This document shows, piece by piece, positions 56,617 through 64,000 of a DNA stretch of 64,000 bases. Position numbers and translations under genes: made by a program. This stretch comes from Candidatus Omnitrophota bacterium. GTDB taxonomy: Bacteria > Omnitrophota > Gorgyraeia > JABMRG01. Under the pieces are notes generated by a model, which had not been told where the DNA came from, did no database searches, and worked only from the letters and a program-made list of their open reading frames with translations. Numbering within the stretch: the stretch's first letter is position 1; each line of letters begins with the position of its first letter. The stretch is taken from assembly GCA_028716165.1 (NCBI GenBank), contig JAQUQI010000001.1:126538-190537 (forward strand), read 5' to 3'.

Positions 56617-59600
56617 TTACGCGGCTTTTTGCATTGCGCTGTTTCTATTTTTAAGGTTTCTAAGATTTGCAGGATTAATTCTGCTGCTTTTTATATCAAC
56701 AGCAGGCGCTGTGACCGTGGTTTCTTGTGGAGTCATCAACGTGTCAGGCGTAATGCTTCTCTGGGCATTAGCAGATGATAATAATCTCATAACAGCTTTT
56801 TCAAGAATCAGGCTTGAGCGCTGCTTTTGCTGCAGCCTCTGCAAAACAGGAAGTGCCCTTATATCTTCTATTCTGCCTAATACTTCAGCAAGGCCTTCCA
56901 TCTGGCTGAGACTGTTGGTCTTTTCTATTGTATCTAGCAAAACAGGGACTACTGCTTTCCCTTTTTCGGTTAGCTTCTGTATGGCTTTTTGCCTTTCGAC
57001 TAAAGCAAAGTTATTTTCCCTGGTTTGTTTTTTCTGCATTATATCAATATATGCATAAGAGCTCCATGGCCCCGCAGCTTCAGGCGCTTTTAATTCTTTT
57101 CGCAGGATTGAAGATAATTCTACTGACAGCCTTGATAAATCCTCAACCCAAACACCATTAGGATAAACCTTTCCCACTTGTTTAGCCTCCGGACCAATGC
57201 CTATACCAAATATTTTTATTCCTTTGGCTTCGCTAAATAATTTTTCTAATTCTTGCCTTTCCTGTGTTTCAGGCCTATCGGGATTACCATCTGTAATTAC
57301 TATAAGCATATCTTTATCGGTTCTTTTAAGGTGTTTCATTCTCTCAACTGCCTTGGCAATACAACCAGCATCAAAACGTGTATCTATACCTACGTTAGCT
57401 TCAATACCTTTAACCGTTTCAACTGCCTTCTTTCTTGTAACTCTCTCACCCAGCTTTTTAAATGGCAGATAGGGTGTGCGGTCATTAAAAATAGCGATTT
57501 CAAAATCAATGCCCGGGATGTCTTTTAATGCTTCCATCAAAAGAACGGTCCCTTCAATCGCTCTTTTGTATCTATTGGATTCGCGCTTCATACTATAACT
57601 TCCATCGATTAAAAGAACTATTCTATAATTAAATTTACCTATCTTAAGATTGCGTTGGAATATCCTGTCCGTGCCAGAAGGGATTTCTACTAAAGCATTG
57701 GGATCAATATCGCCAAAGGAACGGCTTGTTTGCATTCTATCTCTGGCTGTTTTTTGCAACACCATCAAAAGGTGCCTTCTTAAAACCAGAATAAACGGTT
57801 TAACAGCCCTAAGGTATACTTCATATTCTGCATTTTCGGCTCCTGTTACACCACCTCTTGAGATTTTTTCTCCTTCTAAAATAGCTTTTGCTTTTTCGCT
57901 TCTCTCTCCCAGGGTTTCTTTTGAGCCATCTGATTCGTCCGCAGCTTCAGCCAAAGCTTCCTTTAGTTGTTTGGCTCCTTTTTCGAATTGTTTGCTATAA
58001 GATTTCTCTTGAACAGTAAGATCTTCTTCGGGAAGCGTAGGGTTAGGAACCATTTTACCTTTAAATTCTTCATTGAATTTCTTTTCAGCCTCTTGCGTTT
58101 GGTCAACTGCAAGATTAGCTAACTCTTGCAGTTCTTCAGGTGTCATTTCTTCTAATTCTTTTTTTATTTTTTCTTGCAATTGCTCTTTTAGATCTTCTGG
58201 TATCTGATCCATAGGTAATGGTTTTCCGTTTTTATCAAGCACCTTATCTCCTAATTGTCCTTTTCCTGCCATCTTCTGCATCATATGATTGTTAATAGCA
58301 TTATCTTTTACTTCTTCGATTAGTTTTTCATATACGGGCCAGATTCTATCGCGGATTATTTCATAGCTTTCTCTAGAGCTCTCTGTAGAATAAGCAGCAA
58401 CAATATCTGGTTCGCATTGCTTAAGGGCGTCGATTACCCGCTGATTGGAAATCCTTGGATCATCTTCCCCCTTAAACCATTTATATATCAATCCATAACC
58501 AAATTGTAGATGCAGCGGAAGAGATTGAAATGCAGGCCTTTCTTCTTCTAAATTCTTAGTGTCATATCTTTCACCATATAACTTTTTAATCCATGGTCCT
58601 GCACCTCGATATCTTTTTATGCCAATATTATTTACACGCGAGTCTTCTATAGGATTAAGCAATGTAAAAAAGGAGCGATTTTGCCTGAATTCTTCATCCA
58701 TAACATCAGGATCGCTAAAGATTACATGCCATACTTCGTGCATGGTAATGGCTGAAGGTATATCTGCGTCTTTGTGCTCTAAGTCCTCAGGGAGATATTG
58801 AATCTGGTTTAATCCAAAAAGATAGCGCCAAGTCCTCATTGTATCATCTGGGGCCATTTGCTGCCAAGGAAGCATTTTTAATACTGGATTACTAGTAATA
58901 ATTCTAGCAAGGCCTTCCAGTAGTTGCAAAAGTTGTCGTGAAACATTAGAAGATTTATTAGAAGATTGTGAACTTGTTGGGTTTACCATATTAAACGGAA
59001 TGATTTTATTTTGATGCACTATAGGCGGAAATATAAAATTAGCTGTCGGTTTTTCGGGAGAAGATTTTTTACCTGTCAGTCCATACACCTCTAGTACCTT
59101 ATCAACCATTCCTTGGGCATTATCATTGATATATTCTAAGTTATAGGCTTTCTTAACTATAATTGCAATATCATCTTCTGGATAAATATTAAGGTGTCTA
59201 GCAATTCTTACTAAAGCTCTAGTAGAAAGCGGCCGGGGTAAAAGCCCATTTTTATAGGCAGTACGCAAATCAGTAGCAACTCTAATTAATTCCTTAAGCC
59301 GTGATACTTTTACTTTAGGCGCATATTTTTTTAAGACTATTATTTCTTCCTGTTCGGGTAAATACTCAATAGTATGCATACTAAATCTATCTTCTAATTC
59401 CCCTGATAATAGATTACCTATATAAGGGGGCCTGGGCGGGTTCATGGTAGCAAAAACTCTAAAATCTGGGTGAGCAGTAACTACCTCGCCATTTGGCAGG
59501 GTTACTTGTCTAAACTGGAGTATGTTGTTGAGGCTGGATAACACTCCTGGCTGAACCCTATCTATTTCATCTAAAATAATATAGGTGCCATTTCTCATTG

Positions 59601-62600
59601 CTTCAACCAAGACCGAGTCTGACCAGTTGGTCTTACCTTCCTCTTTTTCTCCAAAAGTCTGCCTGACTAAAAGGTCTTTTACGTCCGTATCTTCATTTAA
59701 TGACATAACCTTACACTCACGATTTAGGAGTTTGGCTAGATACAATACCAGAGAGCTTTTACCTGTGCCTGTTTCACCGACCAAAAGTGTGTTTTCACCT
59801 AAGATAACATCTTTGAGGAGTTCTTTGAGATATGAAAGGTTGGTAAGGGTGTGCTCTAATTCTATTTGCGGTACATACAAACCATCTTGCCCTCTAATCA
59901 TTTCCACATTTCCTATAGTTAAGTAGTCTTTCTGTTGATGATTAACTGTTTTAACCTTTACCTCGATACTAAGCTGCTGTGTAATCGGGTCATGGCCAGC
60001 TTCTAGGGCGCGGTTTCTCAAATCTTCTCCGGTTTGAGCATCTATTAGCCGCTGGTCTTTTGCGATATTCCAAACTTTAGCTACATCATCAAAGCCCCCT
60101 GAAACTATTTTTTCTTCATTTGGTGCAAAAGAAACCGAAGCTGCGGTACCTGAATGCGCCTGTAATGTTTTGGCTTTATTATGGACTATATCCCATATTT
60201 TAACTATTCCTTGTTCATCACCAGAAGCAATATATCCCGTATTAGACATTGACACAGACCAAACAGAACTGGTGTGGCCTCTTAATGTCTTTACTCGATT
60301 AGTTCTCAAATCCCATACTTTAACTGTTTTATCCATGCTCCCTGAAATAAGCATGTTCCCATCCCCTGAAAAAGCCAACGGCCCAACTGCGCCACTATGC
60401 CCACTTAATATCTGAACTCTATTGGTTCTTAAATTCCAAACTCTAATGACACTATCCCAACCCCCTGACGCAACAACTTCACCATTAGACGAAATAGCTG
60501 TTCCTTCTAACTCTTTTTCGTGACCGCTTAAAATCCGCACTCTACACGTGCTTAAATTCCAAACCCTAACTGTTTTGTCTCTGCTTCCAGTAACTAAAAA
60601 ATTTCCATTTTGAGAAAAACCAATTGTGCCAAGTATACTGTCTGTATGGCCTTTTAATACTTTGAATGTTCTATTTTCTAAATCCCATACTTTTAAACTG
60701 CCGCTAGGTCCTGCTGAAGCTATATATCTGTTATCAGGTGAAATAGCTATTGCCCAAATTTCAGTACCTTGATCCCCTAACGTATTGATTTCGTTTGTTT
60801 CTAAATTCCATAATTTTAATTTGCTATCTTTGCTTCCAGAAACAATCAAACCACCATCAGACAAATAAGCAACTGACATAACATCGTTGCTATGACCCTG
60901 AAGAATTTTTTCAATTTCAGTAACTGATATTCTTTCATCAGAAACAATTCTATCGGAGGAATTAACTTGTGGAGTAAAATTTGTTTCTTCTGCGTCATAG
61001 TTCTTTTCTTCTGGTGAAAAAGCCGATTCCTCTGGCGTAAAACCTATTTCTTCAGGTGCAAAATCCTGCCAAGGAGCTAAATTAAGCGGCAAGTTAGAAT
61101 CATGCTGAGCGGATTGAAGCACCGGCATAGTGGTTGTTTTGGTCTTTGCAAATTTATAAGGCTGTAATGCCTTTTCTACAGATGCTTGAGCGTCTATATT
61201 CAGGTATTCCAGATTGTAGGCCTTTTTAATAATAGCCATTACGTCATCGTGTGGGTATACTTCTAAATGCTTAGCTACTCTCACTAAGGCACGCGTAGAT
61301 AATGGCCTGGGTAAAAATCCCTGCTTATAAGAAAATCTTAAATTGTTAGCAGCATCAACCAATTCTTCCAGGACAAACTTGTCAACACCTGGTGCGTGAT
61401 TTTGCAAAACTGCAATTTCCTCTTCTTTGGGGAGATAGTCAATAGAGTAAATTGAAAATCTATCTTCTAATTCACCTGATAATAAATTCCCTGTATAAGG
61501 TGGTCTGGGAGGATTCATAGTGGCAAAAACTCTAAAATCTACATGAGCATCTACTACTTCTCCATTAGGCAATACGACTTGGCGGAATTGTAAAATATTA
61601 TTCAATACTGAAAGAACTCCTGGCTGAACCCTGTCTATTTCATCTAAAATAACATAATCTCCATTTCTCATGGCATCAACCAATACTGAGTCCGACCAGC
61701 CTGTTTTACCTTCCTCTTTTTCTCCAAAAGTTTGCCTTACAAGCAGATCTTTTATGTCTGTGTCTTCGTTCAAAGACATAACACGGCAACTACGATTTAA
61801 CAATCTAGCCAGATAGAGAACTAAAGAACTCTTTCCAGTGCCTGTTTCTCCTACCAGTAAGACATTTTCATTAAGAATAACATCCCTTAAAATATCTCTT
61901 AAATGGTTGATATTTGTATTTGTCTGTTCCAAGTCTATGCTTGGAACAAAGGATCCATCCTGGCCACGGTCATATGTTAGATCATCAATAACTAAAAATT
62001 CTTTATCTTGATTATCTATGGTTTTTTCAATAAAACGAATTCTCTGGGAAATTGTTTTTAATGAACTATATAATTCTAAAAGTTCTCTAACAGCTATTTC
62101 TTCTGTTCTTATAGTATGCATATGTTCTTCTGCGGATTGAAGCTCTGACTCTAATTTATCAATAGCGCCTCTTAAAGTATCCTTCACAATCTGAGCACCC
62201 TCGTGCTCTGCCTCAACATAGCTCAATCTTAACTCATTGAGAAAAGATGTCTTTTCACCTTTAATCTTTTCTGCTTTTTGTTTTTTTACTCCGCAATGTT
62301 CTAATTTTTTTTCGGCTATCTTTTCTGCCTCTTCTATAGTATCCTGATGGCCTATTTCTTCATATAATTGCTTTGCTGCTACTGATTGGGCGCTAATTAT
62401 ATTTTCTGCGCGTGTTGATAATTCGGCTTTTGTTTTTACCTCCACTTTCTTGGTTAATCCATACACCTCTAAAACTTTTTCCACTATTAGCTGCGCATCT
62501 GCATTAAGATATTCTAAATTATAAGCTTTCCTAATTGGAACATTAATATTTTCTTTAGCATACATGGCTAGATGTCGTACAATTTTCACTAACGCACGCG

Positions 62601-64000
62601 TAGATAATGGCCTGGGTAAAATTCCCTGCTTATAAGAAGCCCTTAAGTCGCTTGCTACATTAACTAATGATTCTAAAATTGCTTTATTGACATTTGGTGC
62701 ATAATATTGCAGCACAGCTATCTCTTCATCTTTAGATAAGTACTCAATAGTATGCATACTAAATCTATCTTCTAATTCCCCTGATAATAGATTACCTATA
62801 TAAGGGGGCCTGGGCGGGTTCATGGTAGCAAAAACTCTAAAATCTGGGTGAGCAGTAACTACCTCGCCATTTGGCAGGGTTACTTGTCTAAACTGGAGTA
62901 TGTTGTTGAGGCTGGATAACACTCCTGGCTGAACCCTATCTATTTCATCTAAAATAATATAGGTGCCATTTCTCATTGCTTCAACCAAGACCGAGTCTGA
63001 CCAGTTGGTCTTACCTTCCTCTTTTTCTCCAAAAGTCTGCCTGACTAAAAGGTCTTTTACGTCCGTATCTTCATTTAATGACATAACCTTACACTCACGA
63101 TTTAGGAGTTTGGCTAGATACAATACCAGAGAGCTTTTACCTGTGCCTGTTTCACCGACCAAAAGTGTGTTTTCACCTAAGATAACATCTTTGAGGAGTT
63201 CTTTGAGATGAAGTCTATTTGTAGGAGTTAAAGGTAAATTTATGTTAGGAACAGAGATATCCCCTCTACCTCTTTCAAATTCTAAATCATCTAACTTAAG
63301 ATACTCTATGCCATTTTTATTTTGAATTGATAGATCTTTATCTCTTGGCAATGCAGATTTTTCTAAGCCTAAGGCAGAAGAACTATCGCCTGCTTGCCAA
63401 ATTATAGCAAATTTATCCAGCCATCCTTGATCTACTGGAAAAATTGAAGGTGGGGCATATCGCGAATCAACTTGGCTTAAAGAAACAATATATTCTTTCT
63501 TATCTTTTCCTTGTATCAAAAGATGCAACAAATCACCAAATTTCTCTATAGTAATAGGCATCGATTTAATAGAAAAGAATTGATATCTATTCCTATATGC
63601 TTCTTTAAGTTGTGTAAAATTAGAAATTAAGCCGCTTAACCAGACCTCTCTGTAATCATAAAGCTCTGCATATGCCTTGACCCCTCTAATCACCCTATCA
63701 AAGATTTCTTTTGCTTCTTGTTCTGTCTTTACTGGAAATTCTTTGGAAACCGCGAGACCTTGTGCTGCTTCCCATGGCACTTGAATTGCATCAACTATTA
63801 AGATGGGCGCAGGATCTTTACCCTGCTGTTTTTTTATTGCAGAAATAACGTAAGCGTTCCCAATCCATGTATCTCCTTTCATAATCTTAAAGTTCAAGAA
63901 CGCAGGATCTAATATATGCCTGGGAGTAGTGTATTTAAATTTAGGGGACTTTGGATTGGTAGAGTCACCACTAATATTGCCTCTGCTTAAATCTTCTTTG
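56617..64000 (-). CDS. giant multidomain protein (>2,460 aa, N-terminus beyond the window): 3x MoxR-like AAA_5 ATPase, 7-blade WD40, HExxH metallopeptidase-like plus VWA/MIDAS (DUF2201-like), C-terminal HEAT-like repeats
   Basis: The ORF is open from 56617 to the window edge, and the track's start at 63897 is a TTG with an open frame upstream. It has three Walker-A LLVGETGTGKSSLVLYLA modules at about 63.2, 61.85 and 59.78 kb, each followed by DEIDRVQPGVLS and ATMNPP. Seven WD40 blades lie at about 60.13-60.90 kb. The HEVWH motif is at about 58.74 kb, and MIDAS LLIDGSYSM...ITDG at about 57.2-57.64 kb. The C-terminus has HEAT/PBS-like repeats. Confidence 0.8.
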   Translation of the reverse strand, partial: KEDLSRGNISGDSTNPKSPKFKYTTPRHILDPAFLNFKIMKGDTWIGNAYVISAIKKQQGKDPAPILIVDAIQVPWEAAQGLAVSKEFPVKTEQEAKEIFDRVIRGVKAYAELYDYREVWLSGLISNFTQLKEAYRNRYQFFSIKSMPITIEKFGDLLHLLIQGKDKKEYIVSLSQVDSRYAPPSIFPVDQGWLDKFAIIWQAGDSSSALGLEKSALPRDKDLSIQNKNGIEYLKLDDLEFERGRGDISVPNINLPLTPTNRLHLKELLKDVILGENTLLVGETGTGKSSLVLYLAKLLNRECKVMSLNEDTDVKDLLVRQTFGEKEEGKTNWSDSVLVEAMRNGTYIILDEIDRVQPGVLSSLNNILQFRQVTLPNGEVVTAHPDFRVFATMNPPRPPYIGNLLSGELEDRFSMHTIEYLSKDEEIAVLQYYAPNVNKAILESLVNVASDLRASYKQGILPRPLSTRALVKIVRHLAMYAKENINVPIRKAYNLEYLNADAQLIVEKVLEVYGLTKKVEVKTKAELSTRAENIISAQSVAAKQLYEEIGHQDTIEEAEKIAEKKLEHCGVKKQKAEKIKGEKTSFLNELRLSYVEAEHEGAQIVKDTLRGAIDKLESELQSAEEHMHTIRTEEIAVRELLELYSSLKTISQRIRFIEKTIDNQDKEFLVIDDLTYDRGQDGSFVPSIDLEQTNTNINHLRDILRDVILNENVLLVGETGTGKSSLVLYLARLLNRSCRVMSLNEDTDIKDLLVRQTFGEKEEGKTGWSDSVLVDAMRNGDYVILDEIDRVQPGVLSVLNNILQFRQVVLPNGEVVDAHVDFRVFATMNPPRPPYTGNLLSGELEDRFSIYSIDYLPKEEEIAVLQNHAPGVDKFVLEELVDAANNLRFSYKQGFLPRPLSTRALVRVAKHLEVYPHDDVMAIIKKAYNLEYLNIDAQASVEKALQPYKFAKTKTTTMPVLQSAQHDSNLPLNLAPWQDFAPEEIGFTPEESAFSPEEKNYDAEETNFTPQVNSSDRIVSDERISVTEIEKILQGHSNDVMSVAYLSDGGLIVSGSKDSKLKLWNLETNEINTLGDQGTEIWAIAISPDNRYIASAGPSGSLKVWDLENRTFKVLKGHTDSILGTIGFSQNGNFLVTGSRDKTVRVWNLSTCRVRILSGHEKELEGTAISSNGEVVASGGWDSVIRVWNLRTNRVQILSGHSGAVGPLAFSGDGNMLISGSMDKTVKVWDLRTNRVKTLRGHTSSVWSVSMSNTGYIASGDEQGIVKIWDIVHNKAKTLQAHSGTAASVSFAPNEEKIVSGGFDDVAKVWNIAKDQRLIDAQTGEDLRNRALEAGHDPITQQLSIEVKVKTVNHQQKDYLTIGNVEMIRGQDGLYVPQIELEHTLTNLSYLKELLKDVILGENTLLVGETGTGKSSLVLYLAKLLNRECKVMSLNEDTDVKDLLVRQTFGEKEEGKTNWSDSVLVEAMRNGTYIILDEIDRVQPGVLSSLNNILQFRQVTLPNGEVVTAHPDFRVFATMNPPRPPYIGNLLSGELEDRFSMHTIEYLPEQEEIIVLKKYAPKVKVSRLKELIRVATDLRTAYKNGLLPRPLSTRALVRIARHLNIYPEDDIAIIVKKAYNLEYINDNAQGMVDKVLEVYGLTGKKSSPEKPTANFIFPPIVHQNKIIPFNMVNPTSSQSSNKSSNVSRQLLQLLEGLARIITSNPVLKMLPWQQMAPDDTMRTWRYLFGLNQIQYLPEDLEHKDADIPSAITMHEVWHVIFSDPDVMDEEFRQNRSFFTLLNPIEDSRVNNIGIKRYRGAGPWIKKLYGERYDTKNLEEERPAFQSLPLHLQFGYGLIYKWFKGEDDPRISNQRVIDALKQCEPDIVAAYSTESSRESYEIIRDRIWPVYEKLIEEVKDNAINNHMMQKMAGKGQLGDKVLDKNGKPLPMDQIPEDLKEQLQEKIKKELEEMTPEELQELANLAVDQTQEAEKKFNEEFKGKMVPNPTLPEEDLTVQEKSYSKQFEKGAKQLKEALAEAADESDGSKETLGERSEKAKAILEGEKISRGGVTGAENAEYEVYLRAVKPFILVLRRHLLMVLQKTARDRMQTSRSFGDIDPNALVEIPSGTDRIFQRNLKIGKFNYRIVLLIDGSYSMKRESNRYKRAIEGTVLLMEALKDIPGIDFEIAIFNDRTPYLPFKKLGERVTRKKAVETVKGIEANVGIDTRFDAGCIAKAVERMKHLKRTDKDMLIVITDGNPDRPETQERQELEKLFSEAKGIKIFGIGIGPEAKQVGKVYPNGVWVEDLSRLSVELSSILRKELKAPEAAGPWSSYAYIDIMQKKQTRENNFALVERQKAIQKLTEKGKAVVPVLLDTIEKTNSLSQMEGLAEVLGRIEDIRALPVLQRLQQKQRSSLILEKAVMRLLSSANAQRSITPDTLMTPQETTVTAPAVDIKSSRINPANLRNLKNRNSAMQKAA
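59363..59831. repeat. 469-bp intragenic direct repeat, copy A (AAA module 3)
   Basis: By eye alignment it matches 62741..63209 base for base. The identical antisense ORF prefixes 59585.. and 62963.. in the track corroborate this. Confidence 0.8.
62741..63209. repeat. 469-bp intragenic direct repeat, copy B (AAA module 1)
   Basis: It is identical to 59363..59831. The middle AAA module (about 61.3-61.9 kb) is similar in protein but diverged in DNA. Confidence 0.8.

Noticed and set aside
63895-63897. Start of the giant ORF at 63897 as given by the ORF track
   Set aside because: The codon is TTG and the frame stays open upstream to the window edge (…KEDLSRGNISGDSTNPKSPKFKYTTPRHILDPAFLNFK…). The real N-terminus is therefore outside the window.

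Overview
This is a 64 kb window from a Gram-negative-type (diderm) bacterium that looks strictly anaerobic. The diderm call rests on a TolC–MacA–MacB efflux operon and an outer-membrane beta-barrel porin ending in Phe. By eye the GC content is moderate to low, and almost every gene is on the minus strand, tightly packed or overlapping.

Coordinates 1–19.3 kb hold a long co-directional block of redox and metallocofactor genes:
- thioredoxin, peptide deformylase, an Mrp/ApbC ATPase and an IscU-like scaffold;
- two MinD/CooC-type ATPases with inserted ferredoxin domains;
- a HydG/ThiH-family radical-SAM enzyme and a second radical-SAM protein;
- a clostridial-type ferredoxin and two NifB/NifX-family 'dinitrogenase FeMo-cofactor' domain proteins;
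- three DUF5320-like glycine-rich proteins, a cargo-less EncFtn-like ferritin, metK, a Fur regulator and TsaA.
No nitrogenase or hydrogenase structural gene is present.

The middle of the window (19.9–55 kb) carries:
- housekeeping and transport genes: a DUF4143 AAA ATPase, an ArnA-C-like sugar-nucleotide decarboxylase, methyltransferases, an acetolactate-synthase-family TPP enzyme and MscS;
- feoA-feoA-feoB with a DtxR-family regulator and palindromic operator-like sites;
- CrcB with DUF190, a CPA antiporter with Usp and PTS-IIA domains, and a SpoIIE-type phosphatase;
- the MacAB-TolC operon, PlsC, TrpB2 and a PurF-like protein lacking its Cys1 nucleophile.

An intact IS256-family insertion sequence at 55.2–56.5 kb is followed by the most unusual feature. 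It is a >2,460-aa open reading frame that runs off the window edge. It fuses three MoxR-like AAA (AAA_5) ATPase modules, a 7-bladed WD40 propeller, an HExxH metallopeptidase-like plus VWA/MIDAS module (DUF2201-like) and C-terminal HEAT-like repeats. Two of its AAA modules share a 469-bp identical DNA repeat.

Other signals:
- a 300-bp non-coding array of AATGTCCAC/GTGGACATT palindromes and half-sites;
- a Fur-box-like site in front of fur;
- a G10 tract at a ribosome-binding site;
- a frameshifted metallophosphoesterase gene;
- two paralogous His-rich membrane proteins of unknown function.
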